Position numbers and translations under genes: made by a program. The notes under the pieces are model-generated. The model had not been told where the DNA came from. It did no database searches and saw only the letters and a list, made by a program, of their open reading frames with translations. Shown here one piece after another: positions 1 to 10,213 of a stretch of DNA of 64,000 nt; positions within the stretch are counted from its first letter, which is position 1, and every line of letters begins with the position of its first letter. This DNA is from Oligoflexales bacterium (GTDB lineage: Bacteria > Bdellovibrionota_B > Oligoflexia > Oligoflexales > JAPPIL01), in NCBI GenBank assembly GCA_965215515.1, contig OZ244057.1:1632001-1696000 (forward strand). Reading direction: 5' to 3'.

Positions 1-520
1 ATGTCGTCCGTGATTCAAATTCAGCAAACGCCGCTAACTGATCAAGCTGGAGGATAGAAGCAGGATCGTTCGGGTTGAATGGCAGTCCACGAATACATAT
101 CTCGCAGTCGTAGGTTTGGCACAGCTTGAAGAACCGCTTCCAAATTTCAAGGTCTCTGACCAGACGTGCAATCTCCTTGATAATGACAAAGCCGTGGTGC
201 TTCAGGCTGATATTCTGCTGCATCCTGATAAACTCTGGCCTGTTGTCATGCGTACCCGTGATGCCGGGCTCGATGTAGAACTCGGTGATCCTGTAATTGA
301 GCTTCTCCTGCTCCGAGCGATATTGCGCTTCAGAGATAGCGATGTGGATTTGCTGTTCCAGTGATCCCCGCTCTACTGCTACCTGTGTGTCATCAGATAA
401 ACGCAGATAAACTGCCCCTTCAATCGTCTGCCAACTTTTGTCAAACGGTTGCCAGTTCCTGATGTGCTCTTCGGCAAGGCCGCGGCAATCAGCCACGACC
501 TTCAATGCAAGCTTTTTCAT
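1..520 (-). CDS. Serine recombinase (probable large serine integrase); N-terminal catalytic domain, runs off the window start
   Basis: Not in the ORF track. Manual translation from ATG at 520 (AGGGAG RBS upstream): MKKLALK...AVYLRLSDD...GSLEQQ...EPGITGTHDNRPEFIRM...IKEIARLVRD...LAAFAEFESRT. Has the YxRxS catalytic motif and the resolvase-type RP.F and R..R motifs. Confidence 0.88.
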   Translation of the reverse strand, partial: MKKLALKVVADCRGLAEEHIRNWQPFDKSWQTIEGAVYLRLSDDTQVAVERGSLEQQIHIAISEAQYRSEQEKLNYRITEFYIEPGITGTHDNRPEFIRMQQNISLKHHGFVIIKEIARLVRDLEIWKRFFKLCQTYDCEICIRGLPFNPNDPASILQLDQLAAFAEFESRTT

Positions 521-542
521 CTCCCTATGATCTAGCTTTTTT

Positions 543-839
543 CTATACATCTCTACCTCCTAGATTTAGGTACGAATTAACAATTATCATGGCCACAGCA
601 TCCACATCCACCCCAGACAGGTCACCAACGATCTCAGTCTCAATTACCAAGTTCTCGCCATCAATCACCATGTGCTTTTTAGCCTTCGCCTTCCTTCTGC
701 GGCAGGACTGTTCCCGCTTACGACAGTTCTTGCATCTGCTCTCCCGCCCATTCTGGCCATTGGGCTTCTTCCCGAAACAATCCCAAGCTTTGAATTTGTG
801 GCATTTCTTACATATCCTTCCCACATCTGATGCTGTCAT
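543..839 (-). CDS. Small basic Cys-rich (CxxC...CxxC) zinc-binding hypothetical protein
   Basis: CKKC...CKNC motifs; ATGA overlap with the upstream gene; lies directly upstream of the recombinase. Confidence 0.65.
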   Translation of the reverse strand: MTASDVGRICKKCHKFKAWDCFGKKPNGQNGRESRCKNCRKREQSCRRRKAKAKKHMVIDGENLVIETEIVGDLSGVDVDAVAMIIVNSYLNLGGRDV

Positions 840-1150
840 ACCACAGCTTGCTTAGGTTTCCGTCCCGTTATCTTTCGTCCCTTGTTGAGGTACTCCTTGA
901 TGGATTTGTCGATATCCTCAATCGGTGCGGTATTGATGAGGCTTCGCAGGTAGCTGCGCTTATCGAAGAACATTTCGGCAATACTGTCATACTCCCGCTC
1001 CGCATACTTCTGAAAAAAGATTGCAATGATCTGGTTCACCACCTTCGAGCTGTCCGTTCGGCAAGACCCTTCCCGCAGCCTTGTCACCAAATCGGTGACA
1101 AGGCTTGCTTGCTTCTGTTCCAATACTATCCTACGCACTGACTTACTCAT
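836..1150 (-). CDS. Hypothetical protein, possibly a ribbon-helix-helix-type DNA-binding accessory protein
   Basis: Start revised to ATG 1150 (MSKSVRRIVL), which overlaps the upstream stop as ATGA; predicted beta-strand then helices. Confidence 0.55.
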   Translation of the reverse strand: MSKSVRRIVLEQKQASLVTDLVTRLREGSCRTDSSKVVNQIIAIFFQKYAEREYDSIAEMFFDKRSYLRSLINTAPIEDIDKSIKEYLNKGRKITGRKPKQAVV

Positions 1151-1587
1151 CTTGAGCTTGGTAACCGAGATGCATTGCCTCTGATCGTCCATACACAATG
1201 CTGCTGGACGAGCCTGTTGCCTCTGACCTCCCAGTCGAAGCACTCCTTATCTACGTCAGGAGCTGACAACCGAAAGTCCTGCACACCCTGCTTGCTGATC
1301 GGTGCAGAGACCGAGAATTTATCGAGATTGAGTAGCGTCTGCCGTCTTGTCTTGGTATCCCTCTTCTGCAACGCCTTATGAATCAGATAGCTGCTAGCTG
1401 CGCCGATTGCAGCACCGAATAGTGCTCCCTTCAGCGCACCTTTGCCTCCCGTTGCAGCCATGTTCGCTACTGCTCCTGTGCCCACGCCTACACCTACGCC
1501 TGTAAGCATAGACCTGTGCATCGTGGCACAGCCAGCTGCTAAAGTAGCACTCATTACCAGTAACATCACCATCACCTTTTGCTTCAT
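1147..1587 (-). CDS. Glycine-zipper outer-membrane lipoprotein with TraV/VirB7-like C-terminus
   Basis: AGGAGG RBS, ATG 1587; lipobox LAAGC; GxGxG/GAxxGAA zipper; C-terminal LSAPDVDKECFDWEVRGNRLVQQHCVWTI resembles TraV-type beta hairpins. Confidence 0.6.
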   Translation of the reverse strand: MKQKVMVMLLVMSATLAAGCATMHRSMLTGVGVGVGTGAVANMAATGGKGALKGALFGAAIGAASSYLIHKALQKRDTKTRRQTLLNLDKFSVSAPISKQGVQDFRLSAPDVDKECFDWEVRGNRLVQQHCVWTIRGNASRLPSSR

Positions 1588-1759
1588 GAAACCTCCTAAA
1601 AAATGGTTATTTAAGACACATGTCAAAATAGCTGATAATCCCTCTGATTGCTTTTCCGCTTGCAGCAGAATAAAATCGCAAAATCAACTAGTTAGCTCGC
1701 TGCCCCTGAGTTTGCTGAACCGATGTCGGGTGCGGGAGTTGAAGCCAGCCTGCATGTCC

Positions 1760-2557
1760 CTAGCTAACAATGAAAATGTACTCATCCGCATTGGTGAAAG
1801 TAATTTCACCAGTTGCACAAGTGACATCTTCGAGCAAAGCAAAATACAATTTAGGGTCACACTCATAGCGTTCGGACACCTCCTTATCTGCCTTTATCAA
1901 GGCATTCAAAATGTAATCGTTCACACAGATATAAAGCACACCGTCTACTTCCTGATGTTCATAATAAGCATCGATCTTTTTGACGTAGCGACTTTTGCTT
2001 TTACATGTCGTGTCAAACTCGATGGCCAAATTCAACACACCAGCTTTTGAGTTAACTTCAGCCATTGCATCACTGTTAAGTTCAATGAATGGCTGAAACC
2101 TTTCATCGTCTTGGTAATCATCACATGTCTGCAAGACATTTTCGGTGTAGTAATTTTGCACCGATGCCTTAGTCTTAAATACCTCGCGAATATCGTTCAA
2201 GGCGATGTCATGGAGCGGACATTCACTTGATGATCGCACCGATTTTACCTCATACGGCAGCGTTGGTTTGACTTTAGCTAAACCATGTTGCGTTAGCGAG
2301 TAGCCATAAATTATCTTACGCCCTACAGCGACAGACTTTCTTTTTATGAAGTCGATACTTGTGATTTGTCGTAGCCTCCTATTTACAATGTTCTTGGTTG
2401 CATCAGGAAAAAACTGTTCGTGTATCTGATCCCTACTGACAATTTTGTTTTCAAACAACAAGTGCATTATTCGCCAATCCCGTTCTCCTAAAATCACATT
2501 CGTTGAATGCTTTTTAGCTTTAAACAGATTTGCGCGTTCGCGGTATTTTGCTGCCAT
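1760..2557 (-). CDS. Replication-relaxation (Replic_Relax-like) family protein
   Basis: N-terminal wHTH (LGERDWRIMHLL...VNRRLRQI...YSLTQHG), HDIALNDI, and PD-(D/E)xK-like SDAM...LAIEFDTTCKSKSRYVKKIDAY. Confidence 0.75.
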   Translation of the reverse strand: MAAKYRERANLFKAKKHSTNVILGERDWRIMHLLFENKIVSRDQIHEQFFPDATKNIVNRRLRQITSIDFIKRKSVAVGRKIIYGYSLTQHGLAKVKPTLPYEVKSVRSSSECPLHDIALNDIREVFKTKASVQNYYTENVLQTCDDYQDDERFQPFIELNSDAMAEVNSKAGVLNLAIEFDTTCKSKSRYVKKIDAYYEHQEVDGVLYICVNDYILNALIKADKEVSERYECDPKLYFALLEDVTCATGEITFTNADEYIFIVS

Positions 2558-3902
2558 TAGTTTGTATCTCCAAAAGCGAATTAAAATTCTGCCTAGTGCA
2601 ATCCTTGAACTCCTGACTAATAACTTCCAGATCAGTATCTACTAACTCATCGTTAACAAAGGGTGCTTGCACCTCCCCTCGCTCGCTGCCATTACTCCAC
2701 ACGGCACGACCTTCAATAGCTGGCAGGTTTTGTGCGGCATTTTTGCCTAGTGCTGCACTTGAAGCAGCTACTGATGTCATTCTGAAGGTCATTCGCCCCG
2801 CTAAATTATCCAAAATCTCTGTGCTGATTGCCTCCTTGACAGGCTTCTGTGTGGAACTAACCAAGTGAATGCCTGCAGCTCTGGCAAGGCGGGAAAGTTC
2901 ACCCACATGCGAGTGAGCGGGCACACCTGATCTTTTGCCGAACAATGCCGCTGCTTCGTCTATCCCGACTACAACCAAATCTAACTTATCCCTCACGGGG
3001 TCGATTGATTTATGCCCGCTTTGCTCTAAAATTTCATAACGGCGGTGCATTTCTGCCACCAAAGACTTTAGAAGGAGCTTAGCTTCTTTTTCGCTTTTTG
3101 CTGTCCTGACATTTGGCAGTGTGGCGAATTCCTTAACCTCCACTCCTCGCTTCAAATCCAAGAGATATAGCTGAATGTGCGGCGAGCTTTTCAGCAGTGA
3201 AAGCATGGTCGAGCGAAAGAATACTGATTTACCACCGCCCGTTGCACCAGAGATGAGCAAATGCGGCAGCGATTGAATTTTCTGCACGACTACACCCTTC
3301 ATGCTCTGTCCGATGATAAACGAATACGGTTCTTTGATATGGCTATACAATTCGTGAAAGCCAACCATCTTAGGCAGATCACGTTCGCACAGAATTATCT
3401 CAACCTTGCCCATATCCTTGCCATGCACGATGTCTTCAACCTTTTGGCGAAAGCCCGCAGTCAAGCTGTCCTTCTGGGCTTGAAACTTGTTAAGACCGAC
3501 ACCAACGGTATCAACAATCACCTTGAGGCGGTGTTCACCTATAGGAATGATTTTTTTGATTTTCGGATTTTCGCCTGTAGCAGTTTTCAAACCTGCTCGC
3601 TCAATGGCCTTTTGAAAGATAACCTGCCTTCTAAAAGGCTTGCAGCCACAAGCAAACAGAGTGATTACCGCGAGTATGCCCATCAGTGGTAAAGAAAGGC
3701 TCAACGCTTCCTGATGGCTCATTGTCCAAAACAGTGCCAGCAGGGGAATACCATTGATCAACAGAAAAAATGACCACGTGTTTAAATCCTTGAAATCAAT
3801 ACGCCGCAAGCCAAACCAACAAACACGTAGCATGCTAAAGAGCGTATACAGCAGCATGAGGACAAAATTTTCTAGCATCTGATTGTCTTTTGCTTTACTC
3901 AT
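2520..3902 (-). CDS. FtsK/SpoIIIE-family DNA translocase (TcpA-like coupling protein)
   Basis: N-terminal TM helices; PHLLISGATGGGKS Walker A; LLDLKRGVE; VVGIDEAA Walker B; RLARAAGIHLVSSTQKP. Confidence 0.88.
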   Translation of the reverse strand: MSKAKDNQMLENFVLMLLYTLFSMLRVCWFGLRRIDFKDLNTWSFFLLINGIPLLALFWTMSHQEALSLSLPLMGILAVITLFACGCKPFRRQVIFQKAIERAGLKTATGENPKIKKIIPIGEHRLKVIVDTVGVGLNKFQAQKDSLTAGFRQKVEDIVHGKDMGKVEIILCERDLPKMVGFHELYSHIKEPYSFIIGQSMKGVVVQKIQSLPHLLISGATGGGKSVFFRSTMLSLLKSSPHIQLYLLDLKRGVEVKEFATLPNVRTAKSEKEAKLLLKSLVAEMHRRYEILEQSGHKSIDPVRDKLDLVVVGIDEAAALFGKRSGVPAHSHVGELSRLARAAGIHLVSSTQKPVKEAISTEILDNLAGRMTFRMTSVAASSAALGKNAAQNLPAIEGRAVWSNGSERGEVQAPFVNDELVDTDLEVISQEFKDCTRQNFNSLLEIQTNGSKIPRTRKSV

Positions 3903-4837
3903 TGCTCACCTCTGTAAGTTGATAAAAGATTTACGATCATCTCTCTGCCAGCAGGAATAGTGACGTACGCCTGCACGTTGCCAAGCTCAGCCGCTTGCCG
4001 CTGTGCCTCTGCCTCACTTGCTTTAGCGATGCCTTGATAGAGTGCGTTTTTAGCTGTCGCTTTTGGTGTAACTTGACCTTCGCTGCCTAACACTTGCTTC
4101 TCCGTGAGAGTGTCGGTGAATGCTGACACCATTGTCAGACCTAGAGTTGAAGCAACCCGTGCTGCCGTGCCACTGTTCAATTTACCCTCAAGCCCAGGGC
4201 TATAGTCCTTGGCATTCAATGCCTGTGCTTTCAATTCAACCTCCTTACCATCTGGTAGTAATGCCTTTGAAAACTGCATGAATACCTTCCTGCCTTTGTT
4301 GGGATAATTGATCGTGCCGAACAAAATTGAATTCTTTGGGATACCCTCGCCATGCTTGCCCTTGCCTCCATAAGGAAGCAGCACCTTGTAGAGTTGCTCA
4401 CTCTCTCTGGTATCAACAGTAGTCAAGAGCTTGCCGATGAGGTTTGACCCGATGGGTAGCTTGCTGGTGAAACTGTCTGCTCCCTTTCTCTCAATGACTT
4501 GTGGTGCTTTGTATTTGAGTTGCTGCTTGTTTTGAGAAACGGGTTTAGCTTTCCTCGGCTTAGATGCAAGCACTCTCTGTTCTGATGCCTTAAGTAAGCC
4601 ACTTACCTTTTGTGATGTAGGTGAAGATGCTTGTGCTGTTTCAAAATTACCTGTGTCTATCGGCTCAGTGGCGTTGATAATGACACTGTTATCACCATTG
4701 GTTCTAGCATAGATAAGTGGAATAGCTCCTAATACTACCACTACAAACACGGTGCTAAAAAGTTTTGTCTTGTTGATAATTTCTTTGCCACCATCATTCT
4801 TGAGAAAAAACATCCCTATCTGCTTGATGTGCCTCAT
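3899..4837 (-). CDS. VirB10/TrbI-like T4SS core protein
   Basis: Single TM helix, low-complexity linker, C-terminal LPIGSNLIGKL...IPKNSILFG...GLEG...VTIPAGREMIV. Confidence 0.7.
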   Translation of the reverse strand: MRHIKQIGMFFLKNDGGKEIINKTKLFSTVFVVVVLGAIPLIYARTNGDNSVIINATEPIDTGNFETAQASSPTSQKVSGLLKASEQRVLASKPRKAKPVSQNKQQLKYKAPQVIERKGADSFTSKLPIGSNLIGKLLTTVDTRESEQLYKVLLPYGGKGKHGEGIPKNSILFGTINYPNKGRKVFMQFSKALLPDGKEVELKAQALNAKDYSPGLEGKLNSGTAARVASTLGLTMVSAFTDTLTEKQVLGSEGQVTPKATAKNALYQGIAKASEAEAQRQAAELGNVQAYVTIPAGREMIVNLLSTYRGEQ

Positions 4838-5568
4838 CGCAAGAACCCACTGCTGATGATTTTCTTTCCTTGCCTCTTGTTGATCACTACGTTCACGCTA
4901 AAACTTTTAACCTCCTTTGCTGATAAAAATAGTCTTGCCGTTGTTAGCTCACCTGCTTTCAACTCCTCCTTTTCAACTACATATCCTTGCTTTGGCAGAG
5001 GCTTACCTCTGCGGGTTGCAACAATTCTTGCTGATGCAATGTTGATCTTTGTTTTGCTACTATTCTTTAGCTGCATGTCGATAATACGCAGCTGCTTTGC
5101 CTTATCGACAATGGTTTTGGTGATGACAGCAGACATGCCATTGCCAACACTGAATTCAAGTCCGATAGCTTTAAAGCCAAGTATAGCCTCCGCTCTCTTT
5201 GGTTTAGGCACAAAGCGATGGTTTGATTTCCACTTCACAAAAACCAAATCATCAGAGCGGCAACTACTGCACACTCGCAAAACAAAGCCATAGGTGCGAT
5301 AAGGCGTATACACAAACAAGTTTGTTTCAGCTCTGCCAAGCGGCTGAATGGTTAAGTCGTTGTCGATAAATTCAACCGAGTAGTAGTTTTGATTGCCAAT
5401 GACAACCTTCTTGGGTTTTGCTGTGAAGCGCAGCACCGTTGCCTTACCCATCTTCAAGGAGATAGAGTGCATTCTGGTATCATTGACATAAGCTGTTCTG
5501 ATCCCACTTGCTTGTGTTGTTAGAGGTAAACACAGCAAGGCACAAGCCAAGACAAATACCCTATTCAT
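4834..5568 (-). CDS. VirB9/TrbG-like T4SS outer-membrane core protein
   Basis: Signal peptide; ISLKMGKATVLRF...VVIGN...LTIQP...TNLFVYTPYRTYGFVL. Confidence 0.7.
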   Translation of the reverse strand: MNRVFVLACALLCLPLTTQASGIRTAYVNDTRMHSISLKMGKATVLRFTAKPKKVVIGNQNYYSVEFIDNDLTIQPLGRAETNLFVYTPYRTYGFVLRVCSSCRSDDLVFVKWKSNHRFVPKPKRAEAILGFKAIGLEFSVGNGMSAVITKTIVDKAKQLRIIDMQLKNSSKTKINIASARIVATRRGKPLPKQGYVVEKEELKAGELTTARLFLSAKEVKSFSVNVVINKRQGKKIISSGFLR

Positions 5569-6146
5569 TTCGACTGATGCTCGATAACGCCGTTAACTAG
5601 CAGACCTATTGGATTCCAAACACTAGATGTTCCTTTGATTATATTGAGCGATACCGTTGTCGGCACAGGAATAGGCACACCTTCAAGCTGCAACAGCTTG
5701 TCAAAGCTCGCTACTACCTTTTCTTTTGTCACACTGACCTTGACGTTAACAATCGCCTGTGAAGTCTCCTTGCCCTGAAACTCCTTATCCTTGAGATGGG
5801 TTAATAGCTTGAACAATTTCTGATGCAAGCCAGATGTGGTAATGGGTGACAGGCTCTGCTGCTTTGCTTTTGGATCGAGCTTGTCCCACTCATAGCGGAT
5901 GCGCAGAAACTTTCTGACAAACTCTTCAACCGCCACCTCTGAGATAGGCAGGCTTTCCCTCTGTCCTGCAAGATACTGTTGCTGGTCACCATCTTTGATA
6001 ACGACGATGGGATCGGCAACATACATCCAACCGATGACGAACACCTGTAGCACACACACCACAACCAACCCCAAGTTGATCAGTTTGTGCGTACGTAGCA
6101 GCGAATTAATGTCCGTCCATGCTCGCAACGAATTAGTTTTTTTCAT
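5565..6146 (-). CDS. VirB8/TrbF-like inner-membrane T4SS protein
   Basis: Start revised to ATG 6146 (GGAGG RBS); TM helix, NTF2-like periplasmic region, WNPIGLLVNG (VirB8 NPxG motif). Confidence 0.7.
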   Translation of the reverse strand: MKKTNSLRAWTDINSLLRTHKLINLGLVVVCVLQVFVIGWMYVADPIVVIKDGDQQQYLAGQRESLPISEVAVEEFVRKFLRIRYEWDKLDPKAKQQSLSPITTSGLHQKLFKLLTHLKDKEFQGKETSQAIVNVKVSVTKEKVVASFDKLLQLEGVPIPVPTTVSLNIIKGTSSVWNPIGLLVNGVIEHQSK

Positions 6147-6183
6147 AAAGATATGTCCTCCAAAATAATTGATGTATCTATAT

Positions 6184-7071
6184 TCATTTAAGTTTACCGA
6201 GACCTTCACGAAACTTTGTTACCCCTCTCCCGACATGGTTTAGCATGGGGCGAGCTACAAACTTGCCCGCACCCCACGTCTTGGCTACACCCTGTTTAGC
6301 TGCTTGTTTAGCGTAAAGCTTGGCTGCACCTACCGCTGCCGTTGCAGGGGCAAGAGCTAATCCCGATGCTGCCGTCTCAAGTCCATCGTTGATTAATGAG
6401 CGTGTAGCGAGAGGAATAAACAGCATGCTGAGTCCAATACAGAGATTGGTAATCATCGCTACTAAGTAACCTTCCATGTCTTCTCCTGTCTGGGGATTCA
6501 TAGCTAACTTCAATAGCAGTGCACCAAGAATCGTCCAAAGAACTTTCCAGATAACTACCTTCACCAGCCCCTTGTATAAGTTAGCTGTCACATTGGATGT
6601 TGCTTTAGCGACGTAAGCTAAAATCATTAGGGGCGACACTGCGTAGAGAACTACCCAAACGAAATGCACTAGCGATTCAGTGACAAAAAAGCCTAAGTAG
6701 GCAATCAGATAAGAAAACAGTGCCAGTGTGTAGAGAATGTGACCACGCAGATCAAACATTCCGCTCGATGTGTCTTTGTAATTCGGCCCCAGACTTTTTA
6801 GTACTTCCCAGACATCAGTGTTCTTATCTATCTTGCTAACAATCCCACTGCCAAGTTCACCAATAATGTTGATCGTATACTCGAAAGAAAACAACAGCAG
6901 TATCGAGATAACAGCTCGCCTGAAAATACCAAAAACATTGATGCTATCTTTTTGTTCCTTGAAGAACTCCAGTATAATTAACAACAGAACTAGCGGAGCT
7001 AACAGCAACCAATAGAGTTCAAGTATCTCTCCCCGAATATCCTTCGCTACACCTACTAGCTGGTTAAACAT
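6184..7071 (-). CDS. VirB6/TrbL-like polytopic membrane protein
   Basis: About 5-6 hydrophobic segments, Ala-rich C-terminus, operon position. Confidence 0.65.
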   Translation of the reverse strand: MFNQLVGVAKDIRGEILELYWLLLAPLVLLLIILEFFKEQKDSINVFGIFRRAVISILLLFSFEYTINIIGELGSGIVSKIDKNTDVWEVLKSLGPNYKDTSSGMFDLRGHILYTLALFSYLIAYLGFFVTESLVHFVWVVLYAVSPLMILAYVAKATSNVTANLYKGLVKVVIWKVLWTILGALLLKLAMNPQTGEDMEGYLVAMITNLCIGLSMLFIPLATRSLINDGLETAASGLALAPATAAVGAAKLYAKQAAKQGVAKTWGAGKFVARPMLNHVGRGVTKFREGLGKLK

Positions 7072-7764
7072 CTAAAATTTTATGAACTTATCTTGCCGTT
7101 TGAAATTCTTAAAAGCATTGCCTATGCCCTTGTCAACCTTTTGGTAGGCAACAATCTTGCGCTTATCTTGCTTGTTGAGCATGGCTAGCTGTTCGCTTTG
7201 CATCTTCAGACTTTGACTTTGCAAACGAATTAGCTGGTTGACACTCTCCAAAATCATTGCATTGGACACCGCAGCTGCCCGTGCTGCTCCTTTGGGAGAA
7301 GCTGTTTTACTTTGAGTTTTGAGCAATTTCGAATTCTTTTCTTGTGACTCTGAATAGTCTTTGAACGAGTTCACCATCCGCAAAGATTCTGCTGCGGTTT
7401 CATCGTGTAAGCTGTGCAGTGCTGATTCTGGTGATTTGGGTATCCTACCGTAGAAATGCACAATGGCTTTTAATGATTTGTTAAAATCATCTAAATCTGC
7501 GAGCACACCCTGATCACTTACAGGTAATCCGTCTAACATTCCCGTGATGTTTTCTAATCCCTGATGGATGGTGCGAAAATAGTTATCTGACTGTTTGGCC
7601 TGTTCCAGCATGATTTTAAGCTGTGTGTAGCGTTTGTAATTTTCAGACAGCACCTTGGCCAGATAGGGAATTTGTGCCCAACCCGCACCACCATCACTAA
7701 AGCTGAATGCTGGTGTTGAGGTAATGAGTATAGACAACAATATCGCTAAAATTTTAGTTCGCAT
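7072..7764 (-). CDS. VirB5/TrbJ-like secreted helical protein
   Basis: ATG 7764 with GGAGG RBS; signal peptide; Gln-rich helical C-terminus; lies between VirB4-like and VirB6-like genes. Confidence 0.6.
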   Translation of the reverse strand: MRTKILAILLSILITSTPAFSFSDGGAGWAQIPYLAKVLSENYKRYTQLKIMLEQAKQSDNYFRTIHQGLENITGMLDGLPVSDQGVLADLDDFNKSLKAIVHFYGRIPKSPESALHSLHDETAAESLRMVNSFKDYSESQEKNSKLLKTQSKTASPKGAARAAAVSNAMILESVNQLIRLQSQSLKMQSEQLAMLNKQDKRKIVAYQKVDKGIGNAFKNFKRQDKFIKF

Positions 7765-10213
7765 GGTTACCTCCAATTAAAAATTTTTGATCGAGCTTTT
7801 TACCCTCCCCAAAAGCTAATAGTTCAAGAACCTCTAGTTTACTCAAAGCTGGATGTTTCTTTTCTGTATTAGCAATCAGTGTCTTGTCGTTAGCATCTGA
7901 AGTAGCAATCCAGTGACTGATTGGTTCAGGGATAAGCCGCAAGATGGCATCGCGCTCATCTTGCAGATAGTAGAACTCGCTGTATTCGCCCTTCTTGATG
8001 GTTAAACTCTTGATGCGCTCAACTTGCGTAGCATTGAAATCAAAAGTTTTTTGAAAATCGTCCCAGTCGATTTTGCTTTGGCGCAGAATGATAACACTGG
8101 TGGTGTTGGTCATTAGTGCATCTCGCAAAGCCTTATCTGCCATAAAATCTTTGTAGTTTTGGCTCAAACACCAGATGCCGCTGCGAAACTTGCGCCACGT
8201 GCGATAACAGGTAATCACTACTTGTCGTGCTAGTTCAGATTGGAATAAGCGTTCGGCTTCGTCGATAATCAGCAGATACTCACGTTCAATGTCTGAGGAA
8301 GCGACATCTTGAATGTGAGAGGTCAGAAGCAACAGCAACACGTCTTTCAGGTCAGAATAGTTGCTTAACTGCTGCACCTCGATAGACACCAAATCTTTGC
8401 TCAGTTCAACGTTAGTTTGCCCGTCAAGCATCTGCCCATAGGCTGATTGTCCCGTCCAGCTGTAAAGCACATCGCCAAACTTGCGCATCTGCTTATCTGT
8501 GTGCCTGTCGAGCAATGCCTTCAAGTCTGATAGCGTAGGTATCTTGCCTTTTGCGTCAGCATAGACCTTGTGTAGCTGTTCTTCGAGCAATGCCTTCTCA
8601 CGCTTGCCAAGTGCCTGCTTGTCATCGTCTTTGAGGATCATCTCCAGCACTGCTAGCAACGTGCGAATGCGATCTGGACTTGGTGTTGTCTCACCTTCCT
8701 TTAGATCGAACATGTTGAGGCACAGACCAGAGCCGAGCTTGAGGTCTAAAAACTCGCCGTCGAGCACTTCAATTAAACGTTTAGATGATGCGCCATTGTC
8801 GATCCAAACAATTCTAGGACGATTGCCGTTGGTTACCTTGCCATAAAACATCGCCATCAATTGAACGACGGTATAGCTCTTACCGCTGCCTGAACTGCCG
8901 AAGACTATGCCGTTCCATGCAGGCAGGTGTTCTGCATAGGGATCAAGACTGAACAATTGTCCGTCTCTCGTCGGCAGCAAGCACACAGGCGTAGGGTTGC
9001 CTGTCCAGTTAGCAAACACAGGCATTAGGTGTGCAGCGTTGCTAGATTTCATCTTCTTGTGTCGCAAGCCCTGACAGGTGCTAGGCATGGACTTCAAGAA
9101 GGCTTCCTTGCCTGCCAGTGTCTCTTGCAATCCTTCAGCTTGATTGAGCAGACGAAAAGTTTTCAGTATCTCATCGGTCTTGTCATCTAGTTCGCTACTG
9201 GTTTTGCCCCAGATGATGATATTGAAATCGGCCGACACGAGTTTTTCTGAACCTTCTAGCAAATTTCCTAGTAAACCTTCGATCTGTCCGAGCTTGTTTT
9301 CTGAATCCAGATCACTAACGTTCTTGCTGCCAGAAGCCATCGAGTGGGCAATGCGCCTTTTCATTTCCAGTTTTGATTTCTCCTTTGCTTGGTCGAGCAG
9401 GTGAATTGACTGACTCAACCAAAAGTGAAACGGCACGGCTGCGAACATGTTAGCCATACCCGCGAATGTCTGTCCTTCGGGCAACGTGGCAAGGCTGATA
9501 GTGCGAAACTTGTAATTCCCCAGCGTGATGGCCTGTTTGTCCCAGATGAAATCGGTCAAGGTTAACTGCTCGCTAATAGATGGATCAAGGCAACTGTGCT
9601 GCTCACGATAACGAGCTGTGCCAATCCTTTCAGTTCGATCTAGGTTTAGAAACGCAAACAGTAGTCCAAACCATTCTTCCCGCTGCAACGCTTGTGGCGC
9701 AAGCCGAACAGCTTCAATTGCTGAAGCAATACCTTTCACTTCCCGCAAGAACTTCGCTTTGCGACTGTCGAACTCCGCTTTGCTAATTTGCTGAAACGCA
9801 CGCTCGCTGTTAAACAAACCCTGTCGTTGCATGGCAAAGGCTTTGCTGCGCACGAAAAAGAAAATGTTTGGCACAAAGTAGCTCCCCTTGCTCTGATTGC
9901 GTCGATAGAGCTCAACACGCGCATCAGCTAACCGTTTGTAATTGCCGCCAATGCTACTAGAGAGCCGTTGATGCTGTTTTATCAACTGACTAACATCTGG
10001 TGTCAGCTGATAGAACAATTGCAAACGCATTCCCTCATCAGCAGAGATGAGCAGGTTTTCTAAACCTCTACTCATCTGATTGATCGCTTGCTCTGTGGCA
10101 CAAGTCATGTCAAAGCCTCCAAGCTTGAACCCTGCACCGAGCGAGCCATCTTTAAAAACCATTAGGTCATCATCGAAGTGCCAAAGCTCAAGCTCATTAG
10201 CTAGGCTACTCAT
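7754..10213 (-). CDS. virB4: VirB4/TraC-family T4SS ATPase
   Basis: Start revised to 10213 (MSSLANEL); NGIVFGSSGSGKS Walker A; WIDNGAS; LLIIDEAERL Walker B; RTWRKFRSGIWCLSQ. Confidence 0.9.
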   Translation of the reverse strand: MSSLANELELWHFDDDLMVFKDGSLGAGFKLGGFDMTCATEQAINQMSRGLENLLISADEGMRLQLFYQLTPDVSQLIKQHQRLSSSIGGNYKRLADARVELYRRNQSKGSYFVPNIFFFVRSKAFAMQRQGLFNSERAFQQISKAEFDSRKAKFLREVKGIASAIEAVRLAPQALQREEWFGLLFAFLNLDRTERIGTARYREQHSCLDPSISEQLTLTDFIWDKQAITLGNYKFRTISLATLPEGQTFAGMANMFAAVPFHFWLSQSIHLLDQAKEKSKLEMKRRIAHSMASGSKNVSDLDSENKLGQIEGLLGNLLEGSEKLVSADFNIIIWGKTSSELDDKTDEILKTFRLLNQAEGLQETLAGKEAFLKSMPSTCQGLRHKKMKSSNAAHLMPVFANWTGNPTPVCLLPTRDGQLFSLDPYAEHLPAWNGIVFGSSGSGKSYTVVQLMAMFYGKVTNGNRPRIVWIDNGASSKRLIEVLDGEFLDLKLGSGLCLNMFDLKEGETTPSPDRIRTLLAVLEMILKDDDKQALGKREKALLEEQLHKVYADAKGKIPTLSDLKALLDRHTDKQMRKFGDVLYSWTGQSAYGQMLDGQTNVELSKDLVSIEVQQLSNYSDLKDVLLLLLTSHIQDVASSDIEREYLLIIDEAERLFQSELARQVVITCYRTWRKFRSGIWCLSQNYKDFMADKALRDALMTNTTSVIILRQSKIDWDDFQKTFDFNATQVERIKSLTIKKGEYSEFYYLQDERDAILRLIPEPISHWIATSDANDKTLIANTEKKHPALSKLEVLELLAFGEGKKLDQKFLIGGNHAN

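Noticed and set aside
116..364. 82-aa plus-strand ORF
   Set aside because: Antisense to the serine recombinase reading frame.
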